Below are positions 40,335 to 50,929 of a stretch of DNA of 64,000 bases, piece after piece (the first letter of the stretch is position 1; each line of letters starts with the position of its first letter). The stretch covers positions 2,304,001-2,368,000 of the forward strand of contig CBDFLJ010000002.1 of assembly GCA_965248835.1 (NCBI GenBank), in the 5' to 3' direction. This DNA is from Alphaproteobacteria bacterium (GTDB taxonomy: Bacteria > Pseudomonadota > Alphaproteobacteria > MPNO01). The position numbers and the translations under genes were made by a program. The notes under the pieces are model-generated. The model did no database searches. It was not told the DNA's origin and worked only from the letters and a program-made list of their open reading frames with translations.

Positions 40335-40885
40335 ACGCCGGCCGTTTTGGTCTGTCTGATCCGGGCAGGGGCGTGCGACGCAATTTGGCGGCGCGTGTCG
40401 GATTGTCTGTCTAGAAGGCATCGTGTGCGTAAGCGATAGAGTGGATGCCTCGTCCCGACGACACCGCCAACCCGGCAGATCACGATGCCGTCGGGAGAGG
40501 GCGTCCACTTCATCATTTTTGTGCCGTCGCGCCGGTATATATTTGCTCCGTCGTTGACAAGAGCCGTCTAGCCCGGCGAGGTGTCCGGTCAAATAAGGGC
40601 TACTCGAGCGTAGGCGTTCGGTGACTTTTTGTGATCGTTCAACCGCCGCTGTATGGCCTTCGCTTTCGATGCATTCGCTCGCGGTCACACCGCCAGGGGC
40701 ACCGGCATCCGGGGGTATTTCCGGCACCGCCGGTTGCAACGGCTGCCGGTAGCGCAGCCGGTGTACCTAGAGGCGGTTCGCGCGGCCTTCGCCAACCACA
40801 CCCATTGACCGGCACCGTTTGACATTGCTGCCGTCTTTATCCACATTAAAAGCCAGAGTCGACAAAAAAATGTCAGGATGGCCAC

Positions 40886-42094
40886 ATGTTGCACTGGATC
40901 AGTGTCAGAAACTGCGAATCCATACGGGATGAAATCGCGCTGGACTTCCGGGTCCCGCGCACGACACCGGAGAGGCCGTGGCTGCGTCGCTCCTCTTCAC
41001 GCTCCGATCTCCGCGTTCCGACGGTCATCGCCTTCATCGGTCCCAACGGGTCCGGCAAGACCACGTGGTTGCGGGCCCTGGCGGACACGATACGCTTCGC
41101 GGCGGATTCCTACGACAATAGGCCGGGCCCCATGATACATTTCCCTGCCTTTGCGTCCGAAGAGGCCCTGAGCAATCCAACGCGTATCGAGGTCGAATTC
41201 GATGCGCCCTGGCTGCTGTCCGCTGAGGAAGAGCCTAACCGCGTGTTCCGCTACACCCTGGAACTGCTGCGCGGGACACGGAATGTTTACCCCGACACAG
41301 TGGGTTACGAGGCGCTTCACGACTTCCCGCGGGGGCGTAGGCGGCGCCTGATGGAACGCCGCGGCGACCGGGCGGTCCACGTGGCCCGGGAGATGTCGAT
41401 CAAGCCGAGCGACGATCGCCTCGCCTCTGTTCCCGTCAACGCCTCCGTGCTGTCGACCTTATCCAGGATGGGCGTCGAGACCTTCTCGGCGATCGTCGAA
41501 AGTCTCGACGAGGTGCAGATGAACGTTACGGCAATCGATCCGATACGCCCCGACACCGAGACGGTGACGCACTACTTCCGCGGCAACCCCCAGGTAAAGG
41601 ACCGGATGGCGGACACGCTCGGGCGCTTCGATCTCAGTATCGAAGGCATGGACGTGCAGCAGTCTGATGACGGAAGGTGGCACCTGGTCTTTTCCCATTC
41701 CGGTCTTGGCTGGGATATCCCCTTTGTGTTCGAGTCCGCCGGGACGCGTCATATCGTGCGTGCTTTCCCGTATCTCAATTTTGCGCTCGAAACCGGAGGC
41801 GTGGCGGTGATGGACGCGCTGGATAACGATCTCCACGCCGATCTGGTGGACGAGATTCTCGGCTGGTTCCGGCGGGAAGACACCAACCCCCGCAACGCGC
41901 AGCTGATCTGTTCCCTGCACAGCCTGTCGGTGCTTGACGATCTCGAGAAGGAGGAGGTGTTCATCGTGGAAAAGGACCGGGCCGGCGTCACCCGGGCATA
42001 CGGGGTGCGGGACGTCCAAGGGATACGGAGGGGCATCGATCTTCGGAAACTCTACCGCGGCGGCGTGCTCGGCGGGCTGCCCAGGTTCGGCTGA
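40886..42094 (+). CDS. AAA_21/ABC-type ATPase (RloA/AbiLi-like)
   Basis: GPNGSGKT, ESAGT, D-A-LDNDLH, QLICSLH, YRGGVLGGLP. Confidence 0.85.
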   Translation: MLHWISVRNCESIRDEIALDFRVPRTTPERPWLRRSSSRSDLRVPTVIAFIGPNGSGKTTWLRALADTIRFAADSYDNRPGPMIHFPAFASEEALSNPTRIEVEFDAPWLLSAEEEPNRVFRYTLELLRGTRNVYPDTVGYEALHDFPRGRRRRLMERRGDRAVHVAREMSIKPSDDRLASVPVNASVLSTLSRMGVETFSAIVESLDEVQMNVTAIDPIRPDTETVTHYFRGNPQVKDRMADTLGRFDLSIEGMDVQQSDDGRWHLVFSHSGLGWDIPFVFESAGTRHIVRAFPYLNFALETGGVAVMDALDNDLHADLVDEILGWFRREDTNPRNAQLICSLHSLSVLDDLEKEEVFIVEKDRAGVTRAYGVRDVQGIRRGIDLRKLYRGGVLGGLPRFG

Positions 42095-42097
42095 ATC

Positions 42098-42646
42098 GTG
42101 CCGCGTCGCCGGCCGGTTCCGAAGCGCAAACGGATTTTCGTCACGGCGGAGGGCGACGGCGACCGAGGCCTTGCGGTGTGGCTGCAGGGGCTGTGCGATG
42201 AACACGGCCTCCATCTCCATCTCGATGTCGTGGTCGCCGGCGGCGGAGACACCCGCCAAATTGTTGAGTTTGCCGTCGATCACCGGCGGCGACGTAACGA
42301 ATCTCGCTCACGGGACGAGGGGGCGCTGGTCTTTCTAGACGCGGACAGGCTCGCGCAGGACAAGGCCAATGGGCGCGATCCGGAGACGGTGGCGGGCCGC
42401 GAGCGTCTGCAGCTGGTTTACCTCAGGGTGAATCTCGAGGGGTTGCTGGTCCGCTTTCATGCCGGCTGCGAAACGCATTACCCGGGGGCGACCGAGGCAA
42501 GGAGTCGCCTGGAACAGCTCTGGCCGAAATACCTCAAGCCGATGTCCGCCGCCGCGCTGGGGCAGCGGTTTGGCCTGGACCATCTTCGCCGCGCCGCGGC
42601 GTACGACCCCGGTCTGCGCGACGCCCTCGCCCTGCTTGGCCTCTAG
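42098..42646 (+). CDS. RloB/AbiLii-like TOPRIM-domain protein
   Basis: RIFVTAEGDGD, VFLDAD, NLEGLLVRFH; immediately after the ATPase. Confidence 0.75.
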   Translation: MPRRRPVPKRKRIFVTAEGDGDRGLAVWLQGLCDEHGLHLHLDVVVAGGGDTRQIVEFAVDHRRRRNESRSRDEGALVFLDADRLAQDKANGRDPETVAGRERLQLVYLRVNLEGLLVRFHAGCETHYPGATEARSRLEQLWPKYLKPMSAAALGQRFGLDHLRRAAAYDPGLRDALALLGL

Positions 42647-42749
42647 CCGAGATGACCGGTCGGGCCGGGCAGCACCCATCTCCTGCACGCCTCTTTCATC
42701 CCTGCACGCTGCCCGCCGACCTTTGGTGCAGGTCAACCGTCGCCAATCG

Positions 42750-43005
42750 GTAAGCGTCCGGCGTGACCGGCCTTGCGTGATCAGGCGTCAGCTTCGGGCT
42801 CTGTTGCCAGCGCGGTGTTCCATGGCAGCAGTTCGTCGATGCGGTTGATCTTGTAATCGGGGATGCGTTCGAGGACCTCGGCGAGCCAGGCCTGGGGGTC
42901 GACGTCGTTGAGCCTGGCGGTCTCGATCAGTGTGTAGGCGATAGCGGCAGCTCGGCCGCCGCTCGCCGAGCCCATGAACAGATAGTTCTTCCGGCCCAGC
43001 GCCAT
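42750..43005 (-). mobile_element. IS66-family right end with tnpC C-terminus (second copy)
   Basis: GTAAGCG end; [12 protein letters not shown]; near-identical to 18440-18652. Confidence 0.9.
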
Positions 43006-43049
43006 CGTGCGTTCATTCTGCCCATATTGGGCAGGATTGCTTCGTCCAT

Positions 43050-43483
43050 TATCGCTGGCACGCGCATTTCGGACGGCGACTACTCCTTGAAGGCATCGAA
43101 CATCGTGCCGGCGGCTCTGTGGCCTCTGTCGTGGTGCAGCCCGGCCTGATCATCAAGATAGCCGCGTGGATGCTCGATCCGGCGGCCTGCGCCGGCATGG
43201 AGATCGGTGCACCTCGGGTGTCCCTGGCGGCGCTTGCCGCTCTCCATGAGCTTCTCGTTGCGCAAGGTTTGAGGCGAACCTTCCCCGGTGATCGGATCGT
43301 CATCGGGGAGAAGCACGATGAAGTCTTTGCCATCACCGCCGAGGTTGCCGAGTGAGTCTTGCCAACTGAGCATGCCCCTGGACGCACCCAAGCTGCGCGG
43401 GTTGAGCCGGAAGGAGCGGAACGCGGTGCTCGGCGCGCTTGCCGGGTTGTTGCTGGAGGCCGCGGAGGTCCCGATAAGGGAGG
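43050..43483 (+). mobile_element. Remnants of small ORFs typical of recombinase-carrying elements
   Basis: IAAWMLDPAACAGM..PRVSLAALAAL and QLSMPLD..LAGLLLEAA; resemblance recalled, not searched. Confidence 0.4.
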
Positions 43484-43670
43484 ATGTCCCGCGACCGCAA
43501 CGGCACCTTCGTGCCTGTGATCGTGCCCAAGGGCGAACGGCGTCTCGACGGCTTCGACCACCGCATCCTGTCGCTCTATGCGCGCGGCATGACGGTACGA
43601 GAGATCCGCGGCCATCTGAAGGAGCTCTACGGCGTCGAGGTTTCGCCGGACCTGATCAGCCGGGTCCCGG
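43484..43670 (+). mobile_element. IS256-family transposase internal fragment
   Basis: RDRNGTF, ILSLYARGMTVREIRGHLKELYGVEVSPDLISRV. Confidence 0.85.
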
Positions 43671-43926
43671 CCGGCAGGCAGACATATTCGGCAAAGCCGC
43701 CGTCGCGGTGGGCGCCGACATAGCCGCCGAATTTCGCGCACAGCGTCTCGCGCTCGCAACATCGCGAAGCCGCCGCCTGAAATTATCAACCAGGTGAGCC
43801 AGAGCCTCCGTTATTTTGGGCCCCACACTGTCTCAAATCATCTGACGACGGACAGTCCGGCGCCCCCGGCATCGCGATGGCGCCGGGGGTAGGTTAGAAT
43901 CGTGGCGGAAGTCGGATTTGGGAGAA

Positions 43927-44561
43927 TGGTCGCCTTGAAAGCCGTCGCCAATCTCACCTTCGTCGCTCTTGCTACGGCCGTGCTCGTGGGGGGGTGTGCA
44001 TCCTCACCCCCGAAGCGGCAGGCGGATTTGTGCGCTGTCTTCGAGCAGTATCCCGACTGGTACGACTACGCCCGCGCCTCGGCGAAGAAATGGGGCACAC
44101 CTGTGCACATCCAGATGGCGTTCGTGCGCCACGAGTCGAGCTACCGGGCCACCGCGCGGCCGCCGCGCAAGTGGTTCCTGTTCATCCCACTGGGGCGTGC
44201 TTCTTCGGCCAAGGGCTATGCCCAGGCCCAGGACCCGGTGTGGGGCGAGTACCAGGAGGAGCGGGGCCGGCTGTTCAGGAGCCGTTCGGACATGGAAGAC
44301 GCGCTCGACTTCATCGGCTGGTACAACCACAAGACTTGGCGCCGGCTGGGCATTCCCCGTACCGACGCGTACCGGCTCTATCTTGCCTATCACGAAGGCC
44401 GGGGCGGCTACAGCCGCGGCAGCTGGAAGAAGAAGCCGAGGGTGCGGCGCTTCGCGGAGCGGGTAAGGGATACCGCCCGCAGCTACAAGTCGCAGCTCGC
44501 GCGCTGCGAGAAGCGCTTCCGTTGCGACTCCTGGTATCAGGTCTGGCCATTCTGCAGCTGA
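43927..44561 (+). CDS. Lytic transglycosylase SLT-domain lipoprotein
   Basis: Lipobox LVGGC; HESS, SSAKGYAQA, YLAYHEG. Confidence 0.85.
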
Positions 44562-45095
44562 CGGTCGAGGCCGGAGGGCTCCCGGGCTGCTTCCGCGCGT
44601 CCGGTTCCCCGGCGAGGAAGGCGCCGCGATCGATCGGTATATCCGTGAGCTCGACCGCCTTGCCGAGGCTCTCGACCCGCTCGACCTGCTCGACCGCGAG
44701 ATCGCCGAGAGTGCGCTGGACGATGCACGATGCAGGTCTGGACCGCGGCTTGTGGGATACGATCCGACAGGGTGGTGCCGCGCGTGCGGAAGCCCACAGG
44801 CTGTGTGACGCGCGACAACGGCTGACCCGTGTGTTGTTCGGCGCGGGGCTTCGATGCCGGCCGGCCTTTCAAGGAATTGATTTCGTTTGGATTGAAGGGG
44901 GCACCCTTCCGCATTTGACAACACTTTCGCAGAGCCGGAGAGGAAAAATCCTTCCATCGGTGGTAATATTTTGCCTATGATTACCTGCGAATTGGAGGCT
45001 ATCTGGGAAATGTCGAATAGAGCAACCAACGCGAGGAGGAATGCATGCTACGTCGCTTGATCGATGGGGCAGTGTTAACAATTCTGGCTTGATTT

Positions 45096-45482
45096 TTGAT
45101 TGTGCGGCTCGACGGCGGTCAGGTGGTGCTCGGGCTGGCTATTGCGGCGGTAATTGTCTTTACTGGCTGGCGCATTCATCGGCTGTGGCGAAAGTACCAG
45201 CGGCTGCTGCATGAGTTGGCGGCAGCGGAAGCGGCGAAACTGTCCGACGATCCGAAAGAGGTCGAACGGGCAGAACGGATCTTGGGTCAGCGCCGCATGA
45301 TGCACGCCGCCGACATGACTCTGATGAGCGGCTTTGTTTTGGGGGCCGCCGCGGCCAACGATTACGCGCCGATGGCGAATGGCGGGGGCGTGGGCGGCAA
45401 CTACGATGGGATTGGCAGCGACGGGGCTGGTGGCTTCGGAGGTGGCGATATGGGCGGTGGCTTTGGAGGTGGCGAGGGCTAA
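45096..45482 (+). CDS. Hypothetical membrane protein with Gly-rich tail
   Basis: N-terminal TM segment; GGFGGGDMGGG tail. Confidence 0.55.
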   Translation: MIVRLDGGQVVLGLAIAAVIVFTGWRIHRLWRKYQRLLHELAAAEAAKLSDDPKEVERAERILGQRRMMHAADMTLMSGFVLGAAAANDYAPMANGGGVGGNYDGIGSDGAGGFGGGDMGGGFGGGEG

Positions 45483-46122
45483 ACAGAAACACACGTTGCG
45501 CGGTCGATATCCTGCTGACCAGCCCCCCACTGACTGGTCCGGTTCGAGTGTTGCTGCAACCGACTTCTGCTGCGAGCCGATGTGCATATCGGGGGTGATC
45601 ATGGCGGCGGGCTCCATATAACGCGCGATGACGCGCGGTCGCCGGACCTGGAGATCGGTCTCGCCCGCCTGCCGCCGGCGAGCCGCCGGCCTCGTCCTCT
45701 CGATGGTGTCAGGGCCATGCCGGTAAAGCCGTCTGACACCATGGCTGATGTGCAGTGGGAAGGTCGCGAGCGAGGTGGCCGCCGCGCTCGAGAGGCGTCA
45801 GCGACCCGATGTCGAGCATGGGATCTGGTGCTAGGGTCGGAGTGAAGATCGCGCTCTCGGTGCGGGGCAATTCGCGTCCTTATTTGAACCATGAAAGGCG
45901 TTTTGGAGGGTGCCGCGACGAAGCCGAAAAATGGCGGCGCCGGAAGAAATCTACGACAAACGCGCACCTGGGTGCGCTGGCGTTGTAACGAATTCGGTTT
46001 CAGAATGATTACGAAAGTTTGAAATCAGATTTTCAGCCACAACCGGGCATAGTATATTTTCATAATATAATCAGAATGATAGAAGATTTTTGAGCCCACC
46101 AAAACCGAATTACATAACACAA

Positions 46123-46255
46123 CTGTGCCGCAGGTCATGGATGCGCACGTCGTCGAACCGAGCGCGCGCCCGGATGCGCCGCCAGGGGTGTTGCAGGTCG
46201 ATCAGATGGCTTCCGGGCTTGCGGCCCGCGATCACCCAGAGGTTGCCGTCAGGGT
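46123..46255 (-). pseudogene. Tyrosine integrase C-terminal fragment (copy 1)
   Basis: WRRIRARARFDDVRIHDLRHS. Confidence 0.8.
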
Positions 46256-46307
46256 CGCCCCTACGACCCCGACCGTCCGGCGCTGTTCCAGCCCCTGAGC
46301 GCGCCGC

Positions 46308-46358
46308 GTATTCACAGGGTGCGTTGAGGATCGGGCGGTCAAAGAAGCTATCCGTCAT
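46308..46358 (-). pseudogene. N-terminal fragment resembling a type III restriction (Res) subunit
   Basis: MTDSFFDRPILNAPCEY resembles FFxxPILNSPYEY N-termini (from memory). Confidence 0.45.
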
Positions 46359-46380
46359 TTCCCAAGTTTCCGGCCCCTCA

Positions 46381-46671
46381 TCACGCCGCCGGCGACAGCC
46401 GCTCGACCTTGATGCGGTTCGCCTTCTTCATCGCCTGGGCCAACTCGTAGGCCGACTGAAGCCGGTACCAGGTCGCCGCGCCGCCGCCGAACGCCTTGTC
46501 GAGGCGGATCGCCATCTCCGGCGAAATGCCGGAGCGGCAGTTCACGATATCCGAAAGCTGCTTGCGGCTGACCCCGAGCTTGCGCGCCGCCTCCGTTACG
46601 CTGAGGCTCAAGGGCTCCAGACAGTCGTGACGCACGGACAGGCCCGGATGGGGTGGGTTCTTCATCGGCAT
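46381..46671 (-). CDS. higA: HigA-family antitoxin
   Basis: [29 protein letters not shown]. Confidence 0.92.
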   Translation of the reverse strand: MPMKNPPHPGLSVRHDCLEPLSLSVTEAARKLGVSRKQLSDIVNCRSGISPEMAIRLDKAFGGGAATWYRLQSAYELAQAMKKANRIKVERLSPAA

Positions 46672-46683
46672 GTCCTGATCCTC

Positions 46684-46962
46684 CTAGTGATCGTCAATCA
46701 GGTCCACATCCCTGACATCGCGACTCTCGAAACGGAAGACGATGCGCCAGTTGCCGGACACCCTGACCGCCCAACAACCCTCCAGATCGCCTTTCAGCGG
46801 GTGCAGTCCGAAGCCCGGCAGGTTCATGTCCGCAGGCTTGGCCGCTTCGTCGAGACGGGCGAGAACGCGTTCGACCTTGGCGACCAGATTAGCCGAGACC
46901 CGCTTGCGGTCTCCCTTCTCGAACAAGCGTTCGAGACCCCGGTGGCGAAAGCCAAGGATCAT
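46684..46962 (-). CDS. higB: HigB-family toxin
   Basis: FRHRGLE, LHPLKGDL..WAVRVSGNWRIVFRF, DVDLIDDH. Confidence 0.92.
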   Translation of the reverse strand: MILGFRHRGLERLFEKGDRKRVSANLVAKVERVLARLDEAAKPADMNLPGFGLHPLKGDLEGCWAVRVSGNWRIVFRFESRDVRDVDLIDDH

Positions 46963-47012
46963 CCACGAATATGTAACCTATCACTGGGCAGCTTACAAAT
47001 AGAGACGGAGGG

Positions 47013-47279
47013 TCACCCCGCGACTTCGGCGATCCGGCTCGCGATGCGATTTGCGGCGGACTTGACGGGGTCGTTGGCGAGGTAGGCGTAGCGGGCCGTC
47101 GTCTGGACCTGGGTGTGTCCGAGCAGCTTCCCGATCATGGTCAGGCTTTCGCCGAGGGCCAGCGCGCGGCTGGCGAAGCTGTGGCGCAGGTCGTGGATGC
47201 GCACGTCGTCGAGCCGAGCGCGCGCCCGGATGCGCCGCCAGGGGTGTTGCAGGTCAGTCAGATGGCTTCCGGGCTTGCG
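47013..47279 (-). pseudogene. Tyrosine integrase C-terminal fragment (copy 2)
   Basis: HDLRHSFAS..IGKLLGH..TTARY. Confidence 0.85.
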
Positions 47280-47300
47280 CGCGGCGCGACCGCCCGGGAC

Positions 47301-47385
47301 ATGAGGAGCCTCTGCGAACGCGACATCTGCACCAAGTTCATTACGCCTGCCCTGCGCGAGGCCGGGCGGGACGAGATTGCGCAAA
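47301..47385 (+). pseudogene. N-terminal fragment resembling EcoAI-type HsdR
   Basis: SLCERDICTKFITPALREAG. Confidence 0.55.
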
Positions 47386-47534
47386 TCCATAGACTCCCGA
47401 TTCGGGCCCGCAATGGCGGGCCGATCTCGGTCCCGACCGGCGCCCGGCGCGGCGGCTTCACCGGCAATTCGAAAATGGTCGGCGCATGGATCATCTGGCA
47501 CATTGCGGCGTCTCGACAGCAGGGGAACCCGATC

Positions 47535-48391
47535 ATGGCCTCGAACGGCACGCGCGACGGCGGCACCGTCAAGGCGCTGTGGCGCTACCCGGTCAAGTCC
47601 ATGGCCGGCGCCAGGCTCGATGAGGCGCTGATCACCGAGGGCGGCATCCAGGGCGACCGCGCCTATGCGGTGATCGACCGGACCAGCGGCAGGGTGGGAA
47701 GCGCCAAGACCCCGAAGAAGTGGGGCGCGCTGATGGCGCTCGCCGCCGATTTCGTCGCGCCGCCGCAGGCCGGCGCGCCGCCCCCGCCGGTGCGCATCGT
47801 CTGGCCCGACGGCAGCGCGGCCTCCAGCGACGGCGCAGACCTGGACGCGCGGCTCTCCGCGACCCTGGGCCGGCCGGTCACGCTGACGGCGGAGCGACCC
47901 GACACCGTCAGCCTCGAACGGCTCGATCCGCTCGCGGAAGACGAGACCATCGTCGATATCGGCGCGCTGATGATGGCAGGCCGGTTCTCCGACTATGCGG
48001 CGCTCCACCTGATGACCACGGCGAGCTTGGCGCGCCTTGCCGCGCTCCGCCCGGAGTCCAGATTTCGACCCGCGCCGCTTCCGAGCCCAACGTGATCATC
48101 GCCACGCCCGAGGGCGCGCGCGGCTTCGTCGAGAACGACTGGGTCGGAAGCGAGATCGCGATCGGTGACGCGGTACGGCTCCGGGTTTCCGACCCGACGC
48201 CGCGCTGCTCGATCCCGACCATCGCCCAGAAAGATCTGGACAAGGACCCGATGGTCTTGCGCACCATCGCCGCGCACAACAGCATTCCCGTCCCCGTGCT
48301 CGACGGCGCGCCGCTGCCGTGCGCCGGCGTCTACGCCTTCGTCGTCCGCGGCGGCACGGTGAGGCGGGGCGACGCGCTGCGGGTGACGTGA
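47535..48391 (+). pseudogene. MOSC-domain protein, frameshifted
   Basis: LWRYPVKSMAG, GDRAYAV, PNVII, PTPRC, CAGVYA; RFRPN motif disrupted near 48060-48090. Confidence 0.85.
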
Positions 48392-48617
48392 GGCCGCGCC
48401 CGCCCAGCCCGCCCGGCCCGCAACGCTCAGCGCGGTCGCGGCCTGTCGTGACTCCGTCGCGGACGTCGTCGAGAAACAGGCCGCAGAGGGACGCGATGCG
48501 ATTCACCCTCCGGGTTCCGCTTCCGACCCGCCCTCCATCCGTCCCAACCCCGTAATACGGAACATGGAATCGCTGTGCAGAAGGTCCGGAGCCGGAGCTC
48601 ACCTGGGAAATGCGGGA

Positions 48618-49055
48618 TTAGATGTTTTCGTATGCCTTTACCGTGCCGCTCCCATAGATGCCCGCCACGAATGGAGCAGGCGTCTCTGCGGCAAAGCGGG
48701 CGATCCGACGTCTTCCGTTCACCAGCAGCTCGGCGATGTCCGGCCCTGTCGCGTTCTTCATCCGAATCACGATGACCCGCGCCGAATGCCGCCTGATGGC
48801 ATCGAGCTCGGCGGCCCGGTAGCGGACGTTCCTGTCCTTGGTGATCGCCACCCAACCCGTCCGTCCGACGAGCGCAACCCATTCCTCGTCCGGCGCATCG
48901 AGCGGAAGGTGGTCGTCATGCACCTCGACCTTCATCCCTTCCGAACGAAGCCGGCCGGCGATGATGTGCCTTCCGAGGTTGCGATCGAGGAAAAGGGTCG
49001 GCCCTTCAGGCTGCGGCCTGGAGCTCGCACCGGATCGCTTCTTCGATTTCCGCAT
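48618..49055 (-). CDS. PIN-like (VapC45-type) toxin
   Basis: FLDRNLG, DEEW, AITKDRNVRY. Confidence 0.8.
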   Translation of the reverse strand: MRKSKKRSGASSRPQPEGPTLFLDRNLGRHIIAGRLRSEGMKVEVHDDHLPLDAPDEEWVALVGRTGWVAITKDRNVRYRAAELDAIRRHSARVIVIRMKNATGPDIAELLVNGRRRIARFAAETPAPFVAGIYGSGTVKAYENI

Positions 49056-49698
49056 TTTTGCGTTCATAGTCCCGCGCCAGGTCGCCGACCGACTCACCGG
49101 CCTTGTAACGCTCGGCGATGAGCTGGGTGGTGAGTCCGGTGCCGGCGATGACAGGCCGTCCGGCGGAGAGCGCCGGGTCGATGACGACCATCGCAGGCGC
49201 ATCGTCTATGGCGGTCCGGGTGAACGGATAGAGCTTGATGGGTATGCCATCGGGGTCGCGGTCGATGCGACGCAGGGCCGCGCTGATGATCTCCCGCATG
49301 GCCGTCTGGCCCGCCCGACTGATATTGATCAGGTTTCCGTATGCCGCGGTGAACAGATCCAGGCCGTCCGTTTCCAGTTCGTGGCTGATCAGCGGATGCC
49401 GCTCGTCGATCGGTCGCCGAGCGTGCTCCGCCAGATACTGGATCGCCCTTCGGACGCTCGGCATCTTGACCTCGTGCTTGCGCCGGATTGCGGCAAGAAC
49501 GTGAAGCTCCGTGAGATTGAGGAACGACAGCAGCGTCGGGGAGTGTTCGGGTACCGTGATCAGCGCCACATAACCTTCCCGGCCCACCGACCAGTAGCGA
49601 ATCGTGGCCGCCGGCACCGTGAGATAGTGCGCCGCCTCCGAGATCGTGTAGGCAGGCAGCTCTCGGGGATCGTCGTTATGCGTTCGGCGGCCGGCCAT
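49006..49698 (-). CDS. DUF433-domain (VapB45-type) antitoxin
   Basis: PAYTISEAAHYL, LSFLNLTE, IDPALSAGRPVI, YKAGES. Confidence 0.85.
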   Translation of the reverse strand: MAGRRTHNDDPRELPAYTISEAAHYLTVPAATIRYWSVGREGYVALITVPEHSPTLLSFLNLTELHVLAAIRRKHEVKMPSVRRAIQYLAEHARRPIDERHPLISHELETDGLDLFTAAYGNLINISRAGQTAMREIISAALRRIDRDPDGIPIKLYPFTRTAIDDAPAMVVIDPALSAGRPVIAGTGLTTQLIAERYKAGESVGDLARDYERKNAEIEEAIRCELQAAA

Positions 49699-50223
49699 GA
49701 GGGTTGCCTCCCAAATGCACGCGATCGTTTTTGAGTCAAAAGGGGTTATACCTCGATTGCCGTCCGCAGTCCATTGCGGCCGGCTGACAGCGAAAGAGAG
49801 AAAGAATTCCGGACTCGTGCATCCTGGCGCGGCGAAGGGCGGTTTTTCGGGTAAGCAGAGCCGAAGTATCGATTGGTCCGCCGGAGGGCTCCGCGGCAAG
49901 GTCTCGCCGGGCCAATCCTCGTGCGGCCCGCGGCGGCCGCCGGGAAGCCTTGATCCGGACTTCGATACTGGAGCCGTAAGAACCCTTATGCGACATCGGT
50001 GGTGGACGGGCGGCTCAGCCGACGCGTTCGTCCTGCACCATCTTGGGACGCTTGTCGATCGGGGCGAGGGGTCCGCCCGCCTGCTCCTATTGGAAAGCGC
50101 TCGCCCGAGCCGCCGCCGGCCGAGGTCTCTCCCTGGTCTGCGACCCGGATGCGGCGTAAGCCCGGGACGTTTGATCATTCCGCCCGACCGGCTGTTTCGA
50201 GAGGGGGATTGTTAACCTTGGAA

Positions 50224-50431
50224 AGCGGATCGCGTTCGGCACCTCGCGCAGGTCGACGCTCGGCTCGCGGCCCCGCTGCGCCGGCTTCGGCGGCTCGACG
50301 AAATCGGTCAGACCGCTCGTTGAGGGCTTCGTCTTCCGCGCGGCGGCCATGCGGCCTCGCGTCTGCCGTGTCCGCATGCACGGGGTGAATCGCCAAACCG
50401 GACCGATCGGAACTCCCTTTCTCAAACGGTC
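50224..50431 (-). mobile_element. Degenerate IS5-family left-end fragment
   Basis: Similar to 52637-52847; VDLREVPNAIRF. Confidence 0.75.
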
Positions 50432-50433
50432 GC

Positions 50434-50829
50434 CTACAGGCCCGGGACGTCGAGCACTAGAACCAGGCCGCGGACCGCGGCGATAACAATTGCCGTCAGT
50501 GTCAACGCCATCCCGCCGGCGCGCCCGACCGGATTACCCTCCGTGAAGGACAGCGCCCAGCCGTGGGCAAGCCGGCCGACCAGCAACAGCCCGCCGATAA
50601 CGTGTAGCGAGGATTTGTCGGCGCCGCTGAGTTCCAGAAGTCCCATGAGGATGAGGGCCAGCGGCGCGTAGTCGACGAAATTTCCGTGGCCGCGGATCCG
50701 CCGTTGCAGCTCCAGGTTACCGCCATCGCCAAGGCTGATCGACGCGGTGCCGCGATAGCGGATCACCCGGATCGACAGGATGACGAACCAGAGCGCCAGC
50801 AGGCTGGTGTAGAGCAAGGTCACGGTCAT
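50434..50829 (-). CDS. MAPEG family protein
   Basis: RIRGHGNFVDYAP, GRLAHG. Confidence 0.9.
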   Translation of the reverse strand: MTVTLLYTSLLALWFVILSIRVIRYRGTASISLGDGGNLELQRRIRGHGNFVDYAPLALILMGLLELSGADKSSLHVIGGLLLVGRLAHGWALSFTEGNPVGRAGGMALTLTAIVIAAVRGLVLVLDVPGL

Positions 50830-50929
50830 TGCAGTCAGTCCTCGAAACGACGTTGCTTTAAGTAGTTGTACTTCCCTTGTCGCGCTTGAATCCGTCAGCC
50901 TTTATCCCTCGACGGAAACCAAGGCCCAA

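Noticed and set aside
40837-40845. Perfect DnaA box TTATCCACA (another at 54983-54991)
   Set aside because: Isolated single boxes with no cluster, DUE or rep/dnaA gene; not an origin.
44560-44760. Protein-like fragment downstream of the SLT gene
   Set aside because: Could not assign strand or family with confidence.
45990-46122. AT-rich tract as a possible dif/Xer site or transposon end
   Set aside because: No convincing paired 11-6-11 XerC/XerD arms and no matching second end in the window.
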